From NCBI RefSeq assembly GCF_009914755.1, contig NC_060934.1: 64,000 nt of DNA; one strand, 5' to 3'. The position numbers and the translations under genes were made by a program. The first letter of the stretch is position 1. Each line of letters opens with the position of its first letter. The notes beneath the pieces are model-generated. The model saw only the letters and a list, made by a program, of their open reading frames with translations, did not search any database and had not been told where the DNA came from. Shown here in pieces: positions 12,555 to 26,746 of this stretch. This DNA is from the human T2T-CHM13v2.0 reference genome, Homo sapiens.

Positions 12555-12946
12555 TGCATTAGTCCGTGTTCACGCTGCTGATAAAGACATACTTGAGACT
12601 GGGCAATTTACAAAAGAAAGAGTTTATTGGACTTACAGTTCTATGTGGCTTGGGAGGCCTCACCATCATGGCAGAAGGTGAAGGGCATGTCTCACACGGT
12701 GGCAGACAAGAGAAGAGAGCTTGTGCATGGAAACTCTTCTTTTTAAAACCCTCAGATCTTGTGAGACATTCACTATCAAGAGGAACAGCACGAAAGACCT
12801 GCCCCCATGATTCAATTACTTCCCACCAGGTCCCTCCCACAACATGTGGGAATTCAAGATGAGATTTGGGTGGGGACACAGGTCCCTCCCACAACACGTG
12901 GGAATTCAAGATGAGATTTGGGTGGGGACACAGCCAAACCATATCA
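12555..12946 (-). mobile_element. THE1 (THE1A-like) MaLR solo LTR with internal 52-bp tandem duplication
   Basis: TGCATTAGTCC...GATGAGATTTGGGTGGGGACACAGCCAAACCATATCA; 5-bp TSD ACCCC/ACCAC. Confidence 0.95.
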
Positions 12947-13482
12947 ACCACCTTTCCTCTTCTGTTCTGTGGTTATGCTAGACGGCCTCACCTTCTTTTC
13001 TTATTCTTATTCAGGGGAAAACACTAAAGTGAAGTTTCCTGCAAGAGCCAGAAAATCCTAAGTTAACAAATTGAATTCTGCAACTGAGATGCAGTGGGTG
13101 GATGTAGGGCTGGGCTCCTTGGACCGAGGCTGAACCATAAATACCTCCCACTTTGGTATTGCTTTGAGGAGCTTCCCAGCATTCACCCTTCACCCTTTTG
13201 CTGTGTGCCTTCCTTTACCTTAGCTAAGGAAGTCTAGGCAGCTGTGCAGGATTTGATAGGTGGCAGCTTTAGCTCAGACTCTGGAAGTTCCCTGCTCCCT
13301 GCTAACTCCAAGCTGGCTCCTTGCAGCTGTCCCCAGTGTCCCTTGGACTATGGGGCCAGGCATCTGATTTGATTCTTCAAACTGAATGTTACTGCTTCTA
13401 CTTTATTTAAGTAAATGGCCATCTCATTGCCATCTGATGCTGTAGCATACTGTGCGAAAGGTATTTTGAATTAGCTGTTAGC

Positions 13483-13777
13483 AGCTGGGTGCGGTGGCTC
13501 ACACCTGTAATCCCAGCATTTTGGGAGGCTGAGGTGGCCAGATTGCCTGAGCTCAGAAGCTTGAGACAAGCCTGGGCAACACGACGCAACCCCATCTCTA
13601 CTAAAAGTAAAAAAAGTTAGCTGGGTGCGATGGCAGGCACCTGTAGTCCAGCTACTTGGGAGGCTGAGACAGGAGAATTGCTTCAACCTGGGTCGCAGAG
13701 GTTGCAGTGAGCGGAGATTGCGCCGCTGCACTCCAGCCTGGGTTACAGAGGAGACTGTCTCAAAAAAAAAAAAAAAA
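13483..13777 (+). mobile_element. Alu (AluS-like)
   Basis: Full dimer with poly-A; TSD TAGCT(G/A)TTAGC. Confidence 0.97.
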
Positions 13778-14529
13778 TAGCTATTAGCCTGCAGATGATT
13801 TGGATATGGGACCTAAAAAGCAAGCTGATTAATTGATAGATGTATTTATTTATGATATTCAGCCTGAGAATTAAGCTGGATTTAGAATAAAGTGTTTCTT
13901 ATGAGATACGCTTGGGGGTAAACATGATCTGCATGTAATTCACAGGTCCTGGCATTTCAGAGCAGTATTCAAATGCATGTCTGCCATGGACTGTGAGCTC
14001 CCAAAAAAAGTGCATGATGAAGTGAGTTTCGAATACTGACAGAAACGGTAGAGAAAGGACATGTCCTGGTCCTGGCTACCGTTGATATTCTGCTTGGAGC
14101 TTGGATTTGGGGTTGTGTTTTAGCTTAAAGAAACCATATATACCTCCAGTGAGAAAGAGACTTTTGGGTGAAGAGGGACTGGAGGGAACCCATGGAACAG
14201 AACAAAGGCTGGGCTTACGGTGATAGCCCGCATTCATTTAGAGATGGAAAGTTGCTGGAAACTTTAAAACAGAGCACTGCTGTCACTGCCTGATGTTTTT
14301 CAGGGACTGTTTGGGCCACTGTGCAGAGCACAGGGAGTAGGAGATTTGTGTGCAAACTGGAGGGCCAGCGAGAGCCCTGGGGATAAGCTACACCAGCGAT
14401 GGCCATGTCTTTGGCTAAGGTAGTCATTGGGAAGAGGGAAACAATGAGAGATTTGGGGCATGTTTTGCAGGCCACATGAACCTGTACAAACTAGATGTAA
14501 GAAGTGAAGAAAAATGAACAATCAAGGAA

Positions 14530-15700
14530 AAGTCTTAATATTTTTGGCTTGAGCCAAAAGTGATTGGTGGAAAGTTTAAAGATAAAGAAGCGGGCTTGCG
14601 AGGTGGGAGTGTTCCCGAGCTCTGTTTTGGCCTAGCGCAGTGTTTCTCAACCCTGTTTATTTTTTTTCCCATTATGACCCTCCTAAGGAGAGAAGTAAAT
14701 TCACTTTAATTAAGAAGAGAAATTTAATGCTAAGGAATAAGAATTTGTGGGGTAGGGTGTGCTTTGGAGGACCACAAGCAGAATAATATCTAAAATGTTC
14801 TTTACCCTCCTCCCAAGAATCAATTTCACCCCCTTAGTGGAGATGTTTCCCCCAGTGTGGATGTGTGGCCTGGTTAATTCTCAGGTGCCCAGGAGGTGGC
14901 CCAATAGAGAAGTTTAGCTAGCAACTGGAAATTCTACACTGACGTTCAGAAGAAAGGTAAGGCTAGAAGGTACAATTTGGGATTTAGATGATGATATTCA
15001 GGCCACCTGGGGGGCAGTGTCTCTAGGGAAGAGAAGCCGACCCAGGCTAATGCCTCAGGGCTCTTTGATATCTAGGGGTTTAGCAGTGGAAGATAAGTCA
15101 GCAAAGGAGACCAAGAGCAGGAGTCAGTAATAGGAAGAAAAAAAAAAACACAGGAGAGAGAAGACAGTGCTGAATTTCTGAGAGAGAGCATAGAAATTAA
15201 CAGAGAAGTAACCAAAGGATTTGGCCACATAGTGGTCACTGCTCCCATGGACCAGAGCTGCCTCAGTGGAGTGGAGTGGCAGAGGAGGAGGCCAGCCTGC
15301 TGTGCGGCATGGAGGAAGGCATGGAAGGAGGTAGGCACCCTGGCTGTGGGCGTTCATTGGGTTTTCATGGCGCTCAGGGTCAGACAGATGGTGTGTCGGG
15401 AGCTGTGATACCAGGAGAGTTTGTAGGAATTTGCTGTTGATTTAGGGCATGTTGGGAACACTGGTGGAGATGAGCGGATGATGGGTGAAGGTGGAAACGC
15501 TGGGATGGAGGAGGTTCATGAGGGCAATGAGTTCTAGATGAAAGGGATGGTACAGGAGGGGCTGGCCTGGAGAGGAGCAAGGTCAGGTGATTTGTTGCAA
15601 CAGGAGAGGACAGAGGGAGGTACAGGTGTCAACCTGTGTGTAGATGTAGGTGGTGGTTGGATGATGGAAAAAAACCCATGTGACTTCTGCTTTCCTACTG
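14530..15700 (-). mobile_element. L2 LINE fragment(s), possibly interrupted by a hAT MER element starting near 14638
   Basis: Purine-rich antisense L2 motifs TTTTTGGCTTGAGC, GTCAGCAAAGGAGACCAAGA, GGATTTGGCCACATAGTGGTCACTG; CAGTGTTTCTCAAC TIR-like motif at 14638. Confidence 0.6.
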
Positions 15701-17359
15701 CAGAATGAAGTCAGGTAATTAGTGAGAAGGGGTGCAGAGAATAGTCAAATATTATGATCTCTATATCTCTGTGATGGCCATATTAATATTTCACCTTTCA
15801 CCAATTTCCCCGCTAATGCCCACGCATGGCGTACAGGCCGCGTTGGAGATCCCTGCGGCTCATGCTGCCTTATTACGTAATGCCCTGGAGAGGCCTCACA
15901 AGTAGAAGAGTCTAAAACGATAGATTGCTTTAAATAACTCATGCTAAATCATCCTCCTGTGAACATTTCTCGATGGATCTTGTCTTTTAAGCTTCAACAA
16001 ACCCTATTAGCCATCAAAATCCTCCAGTCTCTCAAAATAGCCCTCATCAGACTTGCTCCCACATGCTTGCGTCATGGCTGGGTGGCCACTGGAGAGGTTG
16101 GGTGGAGATGCTGGCTGTGTACATAGGAACCAGAGCCCCTAGAGAGATGACTTGTGTCTGAGCACCATTCTTAAAGCTTTCCAATACATGGGCTGTCAGT
16201 GGCTGTATGCATCTTCTCTGTTTGACTTGGCTTAGGGATATTTGGGAGGGGACAGGGGGGACAGGCAGCATTAAGCATCCTTTTGCTGGTCCTCTGTCTT
16301 TGAGTGCAGTTCTGTGATACTCAGATGTCTTCCAGAACTATCGGCTGTTTGATTGTGGAAATTCCTGGAAGACCAGGGCTCCTGTTCCTTCTCTCGCCAC
16401 CCGTGCTTTTTGTCTTTCTCACCCTCTGTTCCTTTAAGACCACAAAGCAGGGACTCGGACACTGGTGACACGGACATTTCAGGCTCTAGCTGTGGGACGC
16501 TTCAGGCAGGCAGCCTGATCTTTTTTCCATTTTGTTTAGAGGTATAGATTGTACACCTCTGCTCCGAGCTCCTTTATCAGGCCCCAGAAATCATGGATGC
16601 AGCAAAAATTTTGAAAATGAAATTTTTCCTATATTATCCCAATTACTCTTTGGTCTCCATGAAGCCATTGTTTTTCCAATTCCTCTATTGCAGAATGCAT
16701 GCAGGGAATTTAGAAATCACATGGTAAACGTTATGGGCCATTTCCTATTGCTGACTTTACCTTCCTAGTTCCTCAGAGATGTAAGATGAATGTCCCTGGT
16801 GCCAGTGAGCAGCCAGTCAGTGTGCACAGAGCTGGAAAAACTAATAGACTAGATGCATCTTACTGATCACGTTGATGTGGAGGGGCCTCATCTCTCTGGT
16901 CCAGCTGGAAATGTGATTGCTTCCTGGGGTGGCCATGACTAAGGGATTCCTGTCTCAGCTGCCTCTATATGGAGAACTGAGCTCAACTGGTAAACGCTCA
17001 GTTTCCCTTTCAGAAAAGAATGTTACTCTCAAGAGCAGCAGTGATTCAAATGGCCTTTTGACTTTAAAAAATTCTCCATTTAAAAATGTAGAAGCATTTT
17101 ATCCTATACAATTATAAACATTATTGGTAGCTAATAAAAAATTTTGATGAGGCAGCAGATCATTAAGAAAATACATATAGACCTTGCACACTTCATTTTG
17201 ACTTCCAATAGATAAATAGATCCATTTCACAAAGCATGTGCATTTGTCAGGTTGCTTTTTCTTGGTTTTGTTTTTTTATTTGACTTAAGATAGATCTATA
17301 GATGAGTGTTTGCCTTCGTTTTCTGTGAGCCAGTTTTCATACCTTTAAAGTTGAATAAG

Positions 17360-17653
17360 GGCTGGGCATGGTGGCTCACACTTGTAATCCCAGCACTTTG
17401 GGAGGCCGAGGCAGGTGGATCACCTGAGGTCAGGAGTTCGAGACCAGGCTGACCAATATGGTGAAACCTCGTCTCTACTAAAAAATACAAAAAATTATTA
17501 GCTGGGTGTGGTGGCGGGCACCTGTAATCACTGCTACTGGGGAGGCTGAGGCAGGAGAATCGCTTGAACCTGGGACGCAGAGGTTGCAGTAAGCCAGAAC
17601 TGTACCACGGTACTCCAGCCTGGGTGACAGAGCGAGACTCCATCTCAAAAAAA
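17360..17653 (+). mobile_element. Alu (AluSx-like)
   Basis: Full dimer, GGATCACCTGAGGTCAGGAGTTCGAGACC. Confidence 0.97.
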
Positions 17654-19189
17654 GAACTGAAGACAATCGATGAAACGATTTGAACGCTTTTTAGATTTAG
17701 TGAGTCTTTTAAGTTGTCTCTCACCCATCTGACTTGACAGCAGTTTTTCAAGTGAGTCATCTTTTTAATCTTTTCAAATCTTTAGAATTCGTTTTCATGT
17801 AAAAGTCAACTTTCTTTTCATAGCCCTATTTTATATAATATTTCATTAAAACAGTTATAATAACAGATTTATTTGGTATAAAGCAGGTATGGAGCACGCA
17901 CACAGCTGTGTCCACTCACTAATCCATGCGCACACGCTTCCCTCTTAGCTGTAGACACCACATGATCACATCACTAGGGGAGCTATTCAGTGGAACCCCA
18001 TGCTGTCCTTGTTAGGTGGATTTTTAAACACTCTGTTAAACTAAAAAAGTATATTCTCACTGGCCAGTGTCCAGTGTAAGCAAATTTGCACATGGCTGTC
18101 CCTTGAGTCACTGTAGTTACCTTTTAAAAGGAAAGAGAGGGAAACTCCATTGTGTAGATCTTTCCCCAGCCAAGAGACCGTTAGCATGCGGTACAGTAAG
18201 GCAGCCACTCATTAACTGTTTGTTTACCTGGCAAAGAGGGCAGGTTGGTGAGCTCCCAGGTCCTCAGAAAATGAGACTAAGTTTTATTAAGATCTGAGGG
18301 GAAAAAAATAAACCAAGCAGAACTAGAATTCACTGGACCAGAAGGTTTTGTTCTCCCTTTTCCAGCTAATCTCTCTCATCCAATCTGAGAGAATTAAGCA
18401 AGGGTGAGGGAGTTGCAGCTGGCTGAATTCAGGAAGTTACCAAAGAAGGCTGATTTAACTGAAAAGACATATATTCTTCCCAAAGCCCAGGCTATTGAGC
18501 CAGAGTACCTGATCACCCAGCAAAGCACCACTCAGGCTGTGAGGCTGGCCACGCACAGGGAGGCAAAGAGAGGAGGAGAGAGGAACTTAACTTTGTTTTT
18601 CTTCAAAAAGATGTGTTGTTTCTTGGCAAAATGTAATCACCATTGTTAGCAAACCCATGAGATGCTCTCAGCAATGTTTATCAAATAGAAAGAGCTTCCT
18701 TCTGTGTGACAAGCAGGGGATCAGAGTGACAGTGTTTAGATCTGTTACTTACAAGGTGATAGGGGCAAAAATTAATACCTGCACAGGCTGACTCCTGAAG
18801 TCTTCATCACCAGAAATGCCAGCATGATGTCCAGGCCCTAAGGTGCCTACCATGTCCCCATGAGAGACACACAGTGCCATGAACAGTCTGGGTTTTCCAG
18901 AAATACTTGATTTGGTTAATTGACAAATTCTGTTGTTCCTCCTTTATAGTTAATTAATAATTTTCCAGTGTAGCGTTTCCTATCAGGGGGTGTGAATCCA
19001 CACACGTGGCTTTTTCACAATAAAATAGCATTCATGGTGCCTTAAAACAGCTTGAAATGCCCCAAATTACTAGACTTGTAGGTGGATTTCTCACAAATTA
19101 TTATTAAAGGTAATGAAAATCAAAATCAAAGCATTTCATATTTATTGTGTCTTTAGGGCAGGCCATACTTTACAAGTACCATTTTAAGA

Positions 19190-19345
19190 AATCCTCTCAA
19201 TAGCCATAAGAGGGCAGGTCATATGATCTTTATTTTTCAGTTGAGGAAGCTGAAGGCAATACTGATTTAGTATCTCACACAAGGTCACATGGCTAATAAG
19301 GCAGAGAAGAATCAGCTTTGCTTGACTCCAGAGTCCGTGTTCTGT
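19190..19345 (-). mobile_element. MIR SINE fragment
   Basis: ATTTTTCAGTTGAGGAAGCTGAAG...CAAGGTCACATGGCTAATAAG...TGACTCCAGAGTCC. Confidence 0.7.
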
Positions 19346-19887
19346 ATAGACAAAGGCATGAGGTCATCCAATAAGGTAATCGCTTGGAGAAACATTTTTC
19401 CCTACTTGTTTTGATGTAGAACTTCTGTACCAATTGTAACCCTCTGCCGGTTGAGTAAATATTTGGGGTTAAATATAAAGCTGAAATTCAAATAAAGAAA
19501 CATGTTACTGTTCTCTACAGGGCTGGTCCTCACCTTTTCACAACGCACTTTGGAAAACCAGCACAGAACAAAGGCCCCTCCCAGCCTGGTGTATTCAGAC
19601 CTCAGTGCTTTGCCTGGGCTGCAGCTCTGTTGGGAAAAGGTGGCAGTTCAGTTCCCGAGGCTGGTGCCCTCGGCAAGAATGGGAGAGCCTGGTAATTTAT
19701 AAAGGATTATCACATGCAAAGGCAATGTTTGTTTTATTCCATCATCTCTCATTCTTTCAAAGCAGTGGCGTTTTCTTAGTATCGCCATGTAATAGAGTTC
19801 GAGAAAAGTGACCTTAAAATTGAGGCAAGTGTCACACTTTGAGAATGCATTAATTTTTTTAAAGACATTTTAGTGGTTTTAAAATTT

Positions 19888-19893
<6 letters not shown>

Positions 19894-19922
<29 letters not shown>
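19894..19922. repeat. (AT)n microsatellite at the AluY tail/TSD
   Basis: Read directly. Confidence 0.95.
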
Positions 19923-20221
<299 letters not shown>

Positions 20222-21815
20222 TTCATATATTTTTATGTTGTAAAAAGGGGAAACCTTTGTTCTTTGAGTAAAATGCCCTGGTAGTGAACATTTTTTAAGG
20301 TTTTTTTTATTTTGACAGACATACCCACATTTCACGCAGCATCATGCTTACCCATTCACCTCATCTTGCATTCAGAGAGCTCTCAGGCACTTGCAAAATT
20401 GAAGGCCAGAATGAAGGGAGCTCAGTCATCCTTGACAACTGCTGGGGACAAAGTTGGCAATTTGTTCATTGTTCTTGCAAGCACTTAGCCTCTTGCCGAG
20501 CACTTTAACATCAGAGAATTCTGGGCATAGATCAGAAATCAGTGGCTGCAGAGGCAAGCTACGTGCAGGTAAGTTAAGGGCTTACTATAGAAATGCAAAA
20601 TGCCACCATTCTTCACTGTGTTCTGAGAGGTTTCATACTGTTGTCGACACCTGTGCTGGTGTAGAATTGCAGATCTCTTTCTGTCTTTTTTTTGTTGTTT
20701 TTCTCCTTTTCATTTTTTCATTTTTTACTCCACGCTAAGAACATCGGAATATTTTCAACTTTACCATTGGTAAAATAGTGCAAAGGAAGTGAAGATCACG
20801 TCAGCCCATGGTCCATATTTTATTCCTTGAGTTAGCAAATCACCAACACTATTTAGTTTAGCGAGTTACTCCTTTGGAATTTACAGTAAAGCCATATTTA
20901 ATATATTTCCATTTAGCAAGTATTTGTTTTAAATAACAGCCTTGGCTTCCTTGTTTGGTTTGTGAGGGAGACTTTGCTTCTGTGTTTCCAACGTGGCTGG
21001 AAGTGGAGGCTCCAGGGCTTTGCCTCACTCATACAGTTTTATTTTTAAATTGAAAAGTGGATTTGTTTAACATCCTCCAAGAAGCAAACTCATAAAGCTC
21101 GGGCTTTCCTAAAATGCATTGCCAAAATCATAATTGGTAGAAAGTTAGCAAGAAAGAAGGATTAGCTCATCGAGCCGTGGCCTAGCAAATTGTAATGGGC
21201 TCAAGTAGTTTTGTGGCTTGTTGAGAAAATGATACAGAGTTTAGGAAGCAGAAGGACACAGCAATGACACAGGAGAGCCTCACAAACAACAAACACTGCC
21301 TTTGCCAGGAGAATTGGGAATGGGACCATTCTTGACCTTCCTGGAAGAACTCAGAAGGACGTTTCACTCCAGGAGGCATCAGGAGGGAAGTCTTTCATTG
21401 TTTTCAAGGAATCTGTTGTCCCTGGGAGTGGGTCACAAGTGCTGCACACACACTTGGTGTCTCTGAAGGAGCCTCACCACATATTAGAGATGAGGTTCTT
21501 CCTTGCCTCAGGACCCCATGCCTCATTGGCATTGCTGCAGGGAGACCCCAGGGGCTTGTGGCAGTCAGAGGTCAGCAGAAGACACGCAGGGTTGATCTGT
21601 GCTCATGGACTCTGATCTCACATCAAGAGCCAGGTTCCTTTTGACCGGGATGATTTGAGAAATGGTGGGAGCAGGGCAGTTATCAATTCAGATGAGTAGA
21701 TGCTGACTTAGCTCTGTACAGCTCCCTGGCACCACCCATGGTACAGGGAGGCAGGGATTAGGAGAATGCTGGCCTCCCTGTAGGTCAGTGATGTTGCATC
21801 AGTACTGGGATTAGG

Positions 21816-22024
21816 CTGGGGTGTCCAATCTTTTGGCTTCATGTTGGAAGTATTGTCTTGGGCCACACAATAAATAAATACACTAATACTACAATAGCTG
21901 GTAAACTAATAAAAAGATCTGTGCATAAATCTCATGTTTTAAGAGTTTACGAATTTGTGTTGGGCTGCATTCAAAGCCATCCTGGGCCACATGTGACCTG
22001 TGGGTTGCGGGTTGGACAAGCTTG
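21816..22024 (+). mobile_element. MER30 (hAT-Charlie)
   Basis: GGGGTGTCCAATCTTTTGGCTTC...GAATTTGTGTTGGGCTGCATTCAAAGCC...GGTTGGACAAGCTTG; GATTAG on both flanks. Confidence 0.92.
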
Positions 22025-22093
22025 GATTAGAGGACAGAAGAACTTGCAGCTTTCAGCTTGGTTGGTTGCTTGGGTAAGGGTGCACTCTTGTGT

Positions 22094-22124
<31 letters not shown>

Positions 22125-22161
22125 GTCTGTCTCTTTTCTCTCTCTCTCTCTCTCTGTCTCT
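22094..22161. repeat. Imperfect (CT)n
   Basis: Read directly. Confidence 0.9.
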
Positions 22162-24492
22162 CATCTCTCACTCTGAAAGAAGTCCTGTTGGGGGAGTCCC
22201 AAAAGCTAAACCATTGGCCTGGGGGAGAAACGTGTGCTGGATGGAAAAGAGGACAAAGGCATAGACTTGTTGACTTGCATCTCCGAGGTCCTGTGATGTG
22301 GCCAGGTGGCCTGCAGCTCACCTGAGAGACACAGGCAGGATTTCCTCTCGCTTTAGAAATTGAGCAGCCTGCTTGGAGCAGGCTTGTTCTCAGATTCATT
22401 GACACTTCTGCCCATCAGGGTGATCTGCAGGAATGAAAAGTGGTTAGAATTCTGTTGCAAAGGTTAATTTTAAAAAGCCAGTGAACACCCACAAGGGGGT
22501 CACCAGGGCAAAACCACAGCACACACCCGCCTCTCCGTTTAACTCACACTAGTCCAGGTGCTCTGCCTGCTCTTACCTGCTTTTCCTCTTGGTTGGGTAA
22601 CAAGCATTCAGTTGACTGTATATTCTCCTCCCTCAGTTTCTTCTGACATCTTCGTGAGACCTGAGAGCAAGCTCTGCCTTGGCGACAACCAGTTGTCATT
22701 TCTTAGTGGCAGCCTTTATTTTTCAAAAAATGAAGAAGGATAGGCAGTCTCTGCAGAGTGATAGTGGGGAGCTGCCAGAGGGGCAGCAGGGTCCTGCGTG
22801 TATCCTACCAACTGTGTTTCCATTCTCTTTTCTCCCACCACAGAAGAACAAGTAAGCGTAGAGCTGACAGGGAAAGGTCTCCCCACCAGGGCTGTCTGTC
22901 CTGAGAGTTTAGAATGTGCTGGGAGAGCAGAGCATTCTTTGGGGCCTGTTTGGCGCCAACAAGGAGCGTTACGTGGTCTGTGACCAGCTGCTGCACCTCC
23001 TGCTTTGCTCTGGAAGGAGGCCTTGAAGGCCAGTTGGAAGTTCTGCTCGGCTGCCTTGAATAATGAACCATCAATTCTGTTTCCCAGCTGTGCTTCCACA
23101 CCCTCACTCTTGGATGGGACTGCTGGGTTCCTTGTCTGCCACAAGCAGCAATTGCTGGAAGTAGCAGGTCAGAAATGGGAAAGGAGGCCTGGACTGCATA
23201 GCCAGGCAAGCCAGTGAGGTTGGAGCAAACCCTTGAACAGGGGCTGGGCCCACCTTTGTAGTCTTGTCACCAAGGAGGTTACTGAAGCCTCCAGAAGGCA
23301 CACTGTCTGATCCAACTCACATGCCAGAGGAACACTGAATAGTTTCCTTCCGATGCATTACATTCATTAGTTATAGAAGGAATAAAGCCATCCTATATCT
23401 TCTCTGAAAAATGAAGGAGTGAAAAGAGCACAATGTAATCCTATTATGGTTGCAACTCTTCCCAGTTTGGTTTTCTGCAGATCTATTTACATGCATACTT
23501 TATTCTTTCATAATCATGGTGTAATATCATCTGTGTACTGCATTATTTTACTTACCATTCTATCACAAGCATTTTTCCATGTTACTCCAGCATTTTCATT
23601 GCCAACTTTCTTATTGGCTGCATGAGAGTCTATCCAGTGGGTATACCATAACTTGTCAGCACATTGTATCATTTTCATAAATTTAGGTTGCTCTCAAGTT
23701 GTATCTGTTGCAGATAACATTGTAGTGAGTGTCTTCATGCATATGGTTTCTATATTTTGCATTATTTCCTAGGACACATTCCCAGAAGTCGGATTACTGG
23801 GGCTCGATACACATTGTCAAATTGCTTTCCAAAAGGATTTTACTGATTTTATTGCACTCTCGCCAGAATTCAATATTGTCTTTTAAAAAAATTGTTAATG
23901 TAATGGCAAAATGTTGTTTTATTTTTACTGAATTTTCATGTCTTCAGTGATTTGCAAGATAAAACAGTTCCCAGCCATTTTCTTTCCAAATGTAGTTTCT
24001 GTTTTTGTAAACTATTTACATCCTTTGCTCATTAATCTATTGGTTTTAGTGTTTTTTCTTGAGAACTGTCTTAACATTGTTATACTATGCTCATAGTAAC
24101 CTATTTCATATTTCCAGTTATTTTTTCTGTGGTGGTGTTTGCCCATCTCATTCGGTTAGGTTTTTAAAAATTTGTTTTTATTATTTTACATACAAATATT
24201 TAATTTATATCTTTCCATCTTTTTTAATGATTTCTCTGTAATAGCACCCTCCCTCTATAAATTTGATAGACCATTTTAGGTTTTATTATTTTATATTAAA
24301 CTTTTTGTTTGTCTAGAATTTAATGCTTTGTATTAAATGCATGTAAGTTGATTTTTTAAATTGCAACTAGTTATTACAGCACCATTTATTAAATAATTCT
24401 TCATAGTTTAAAAGTGGTTCTTCCAGTTAAGGTTTTAACATAATGTTAGGGATAATTTCTGGGCAATTTGTTGCTTCAATAATAACATGTTT

Positions 24493-24646
24493 GGCCAAGC
24501 ACAGTGGCTCATGCCTGTAATCCCAACACTTTGGAAAGCCAGAGTGGGAAGATCACTTGAGGGCAGGATTTCGAAGTTATGGTGAGGTATTTTCATGTCA
24601 CTGCACTCCAGCCAGGGTGAAAAAGTGAGACCCTGTCTCTAAATAA
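24493..24646 (+). mobile_element. Free Alu monomer (FRAM-like)
   Basis: Single monomer GGCCAAGCACAGTGGCTCATGCC...CACTGCACTCCAGCC...GAGACCCTGTCTCTAAA. Confidence 0.85.
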
Positions 24647-24738
24647 CAGTAATCATCATCATCACCTTTTATTCTTGGGTTAGTACCACATTGTTTTAAT
24701 TACCATTTCTTTATGGTGTGTTTTAGATATTTGGCATC

Positions 24739-25064
<326 letters not shown>

Positions 25065-26746
25065 TTACTATTCATTTTCTGATTTTTCTTCTGTAGTTTA
25101 ACCTATTGTTCTACCAAATGTAATTTAAAATCATTCTGTGAAATCCAGCAAAAATAGCTTTTTATTTTAATTTTGATTAGATTTGCATTAGAGCTCAGTA
25201 TTAAAACATGCACACCTTTTGGTGCCAGATTTCATACTCAACATACTTTGTTCCTTTTGTGCGAAGGAAATTATGTTTATTATGGAAAACAGTGAAAGAT
25301 GAGAAGTAAATGGCTCATCCTCCATAAATGGCCATCGCTGACTGTTTCATGTAGAACTTTCTGGCCTGTGCCCATATCTTCTCTCTTCAGGCTTTGGCAG
25401 TGGGGCTGATACTTCACAGGCTGTTCCAGTACCACTGCACCTTCACTCTGGAGGTGGGAGTGGGACTCCGTGCTGAGGACCCTAGATGCACATCTGTTCC
25501 CTTAGCAGGGAGCCATGTCCAGAGAGTGAGGCATGCAGGGAGTGGTCATGTGGAAGGTGCGGTCAGACCGCCAAGGTCATGCCATCTTCTGGGCACTGTT
25601 AGTCCCTATGGAGCTGCTGCTGGCCAGTGGGAAGATTTGGAGGATTTGAGGATACTCTTCAGAGTGTGCTTCCACAGTCTAACCCTCCTGCTTGACGACC
25701 TGTTATGTGTGAGATGGTGGCTTTGTCACAGGAATCACCTGAAAGACCTCTATCTGGGCTCCGTGAAACTACCTAAGCAGGTCAGTCTTTCAGTGAACTG
25801 ATCTGATATCATTGGGCTATCACGAGCCTGAGGCTGGCTCCCCACTTTCAAATCATCCTCAAAAGGCAGGGCAAGTGTTTTCCTCTGGTTGGTGATGGTG
25901 TCCTAGCATGCCCTTTTTCCAGCTGGCTTCCCACTGGGCTCAGCCCGATGGGTCTACTGCAATCCCCCTTTCCTGTGTTGCCCTCGGATAACTCCATGTG
26001 TAGGCCTGAATCGTGTTCATTTCCAGGAAAAGTAAATGATGCATATCTTACTTTCCATCTGTGGTCATTTTTTTTCTGCTTGAGAAACACCTGGGTCTGC
26101 TTGTTTTTGAATTCTCTTTTTGTTTGTCTGAAAAAGAAATCTATTTTATTTCAAAAATTCAATATTGAAGGATAATTCAGATTTAGAATTTGAGGCTAGC
26201 AGTTGATTTCTTTCAGCACTTCAAAGATAATTATTGCACCATCTTTTAGCTTTCATTGTTTCTGTTGAAGGTAACATATCTTTTTCTCCAGTGGAGATAT
26301 AATCTCAGTGCTTTTTCGTCTTTGTTTTTAAACTTTTTATTATCAAAACTTTCATACATGTACAGAAGTAGAATAGTAGTTATACTATTACTATTATATT
26401 ATGTAGTATATACTACAGCTCTGTTTTAACCATCGTTCACCTTTACCACTGTCAACCATAGCTAAGTTTCTTAGATTTATCATCCCAGCTTTGTCTTTCT
26501 CACCATTATGTTGAAGCAAATCTTAGGCATTATATCATGTCGTTCATAAATATTTCAGTTGTCATTCAAAAATATCTCTTAAAAATAAGAATTTTTTAAC
26601 ACCTCTATATTATTACTCCTTAGAAAATGTTGTTTTATACATAGTTCCTATAGTTTGCCCAACTTAGTATCTAAACAAGGTAAAAATATTGCCTTTGGTT
26701 GTTATATCTAGTAAGTTTCCGATAATCTTTAGGTTGACACCCCTAC

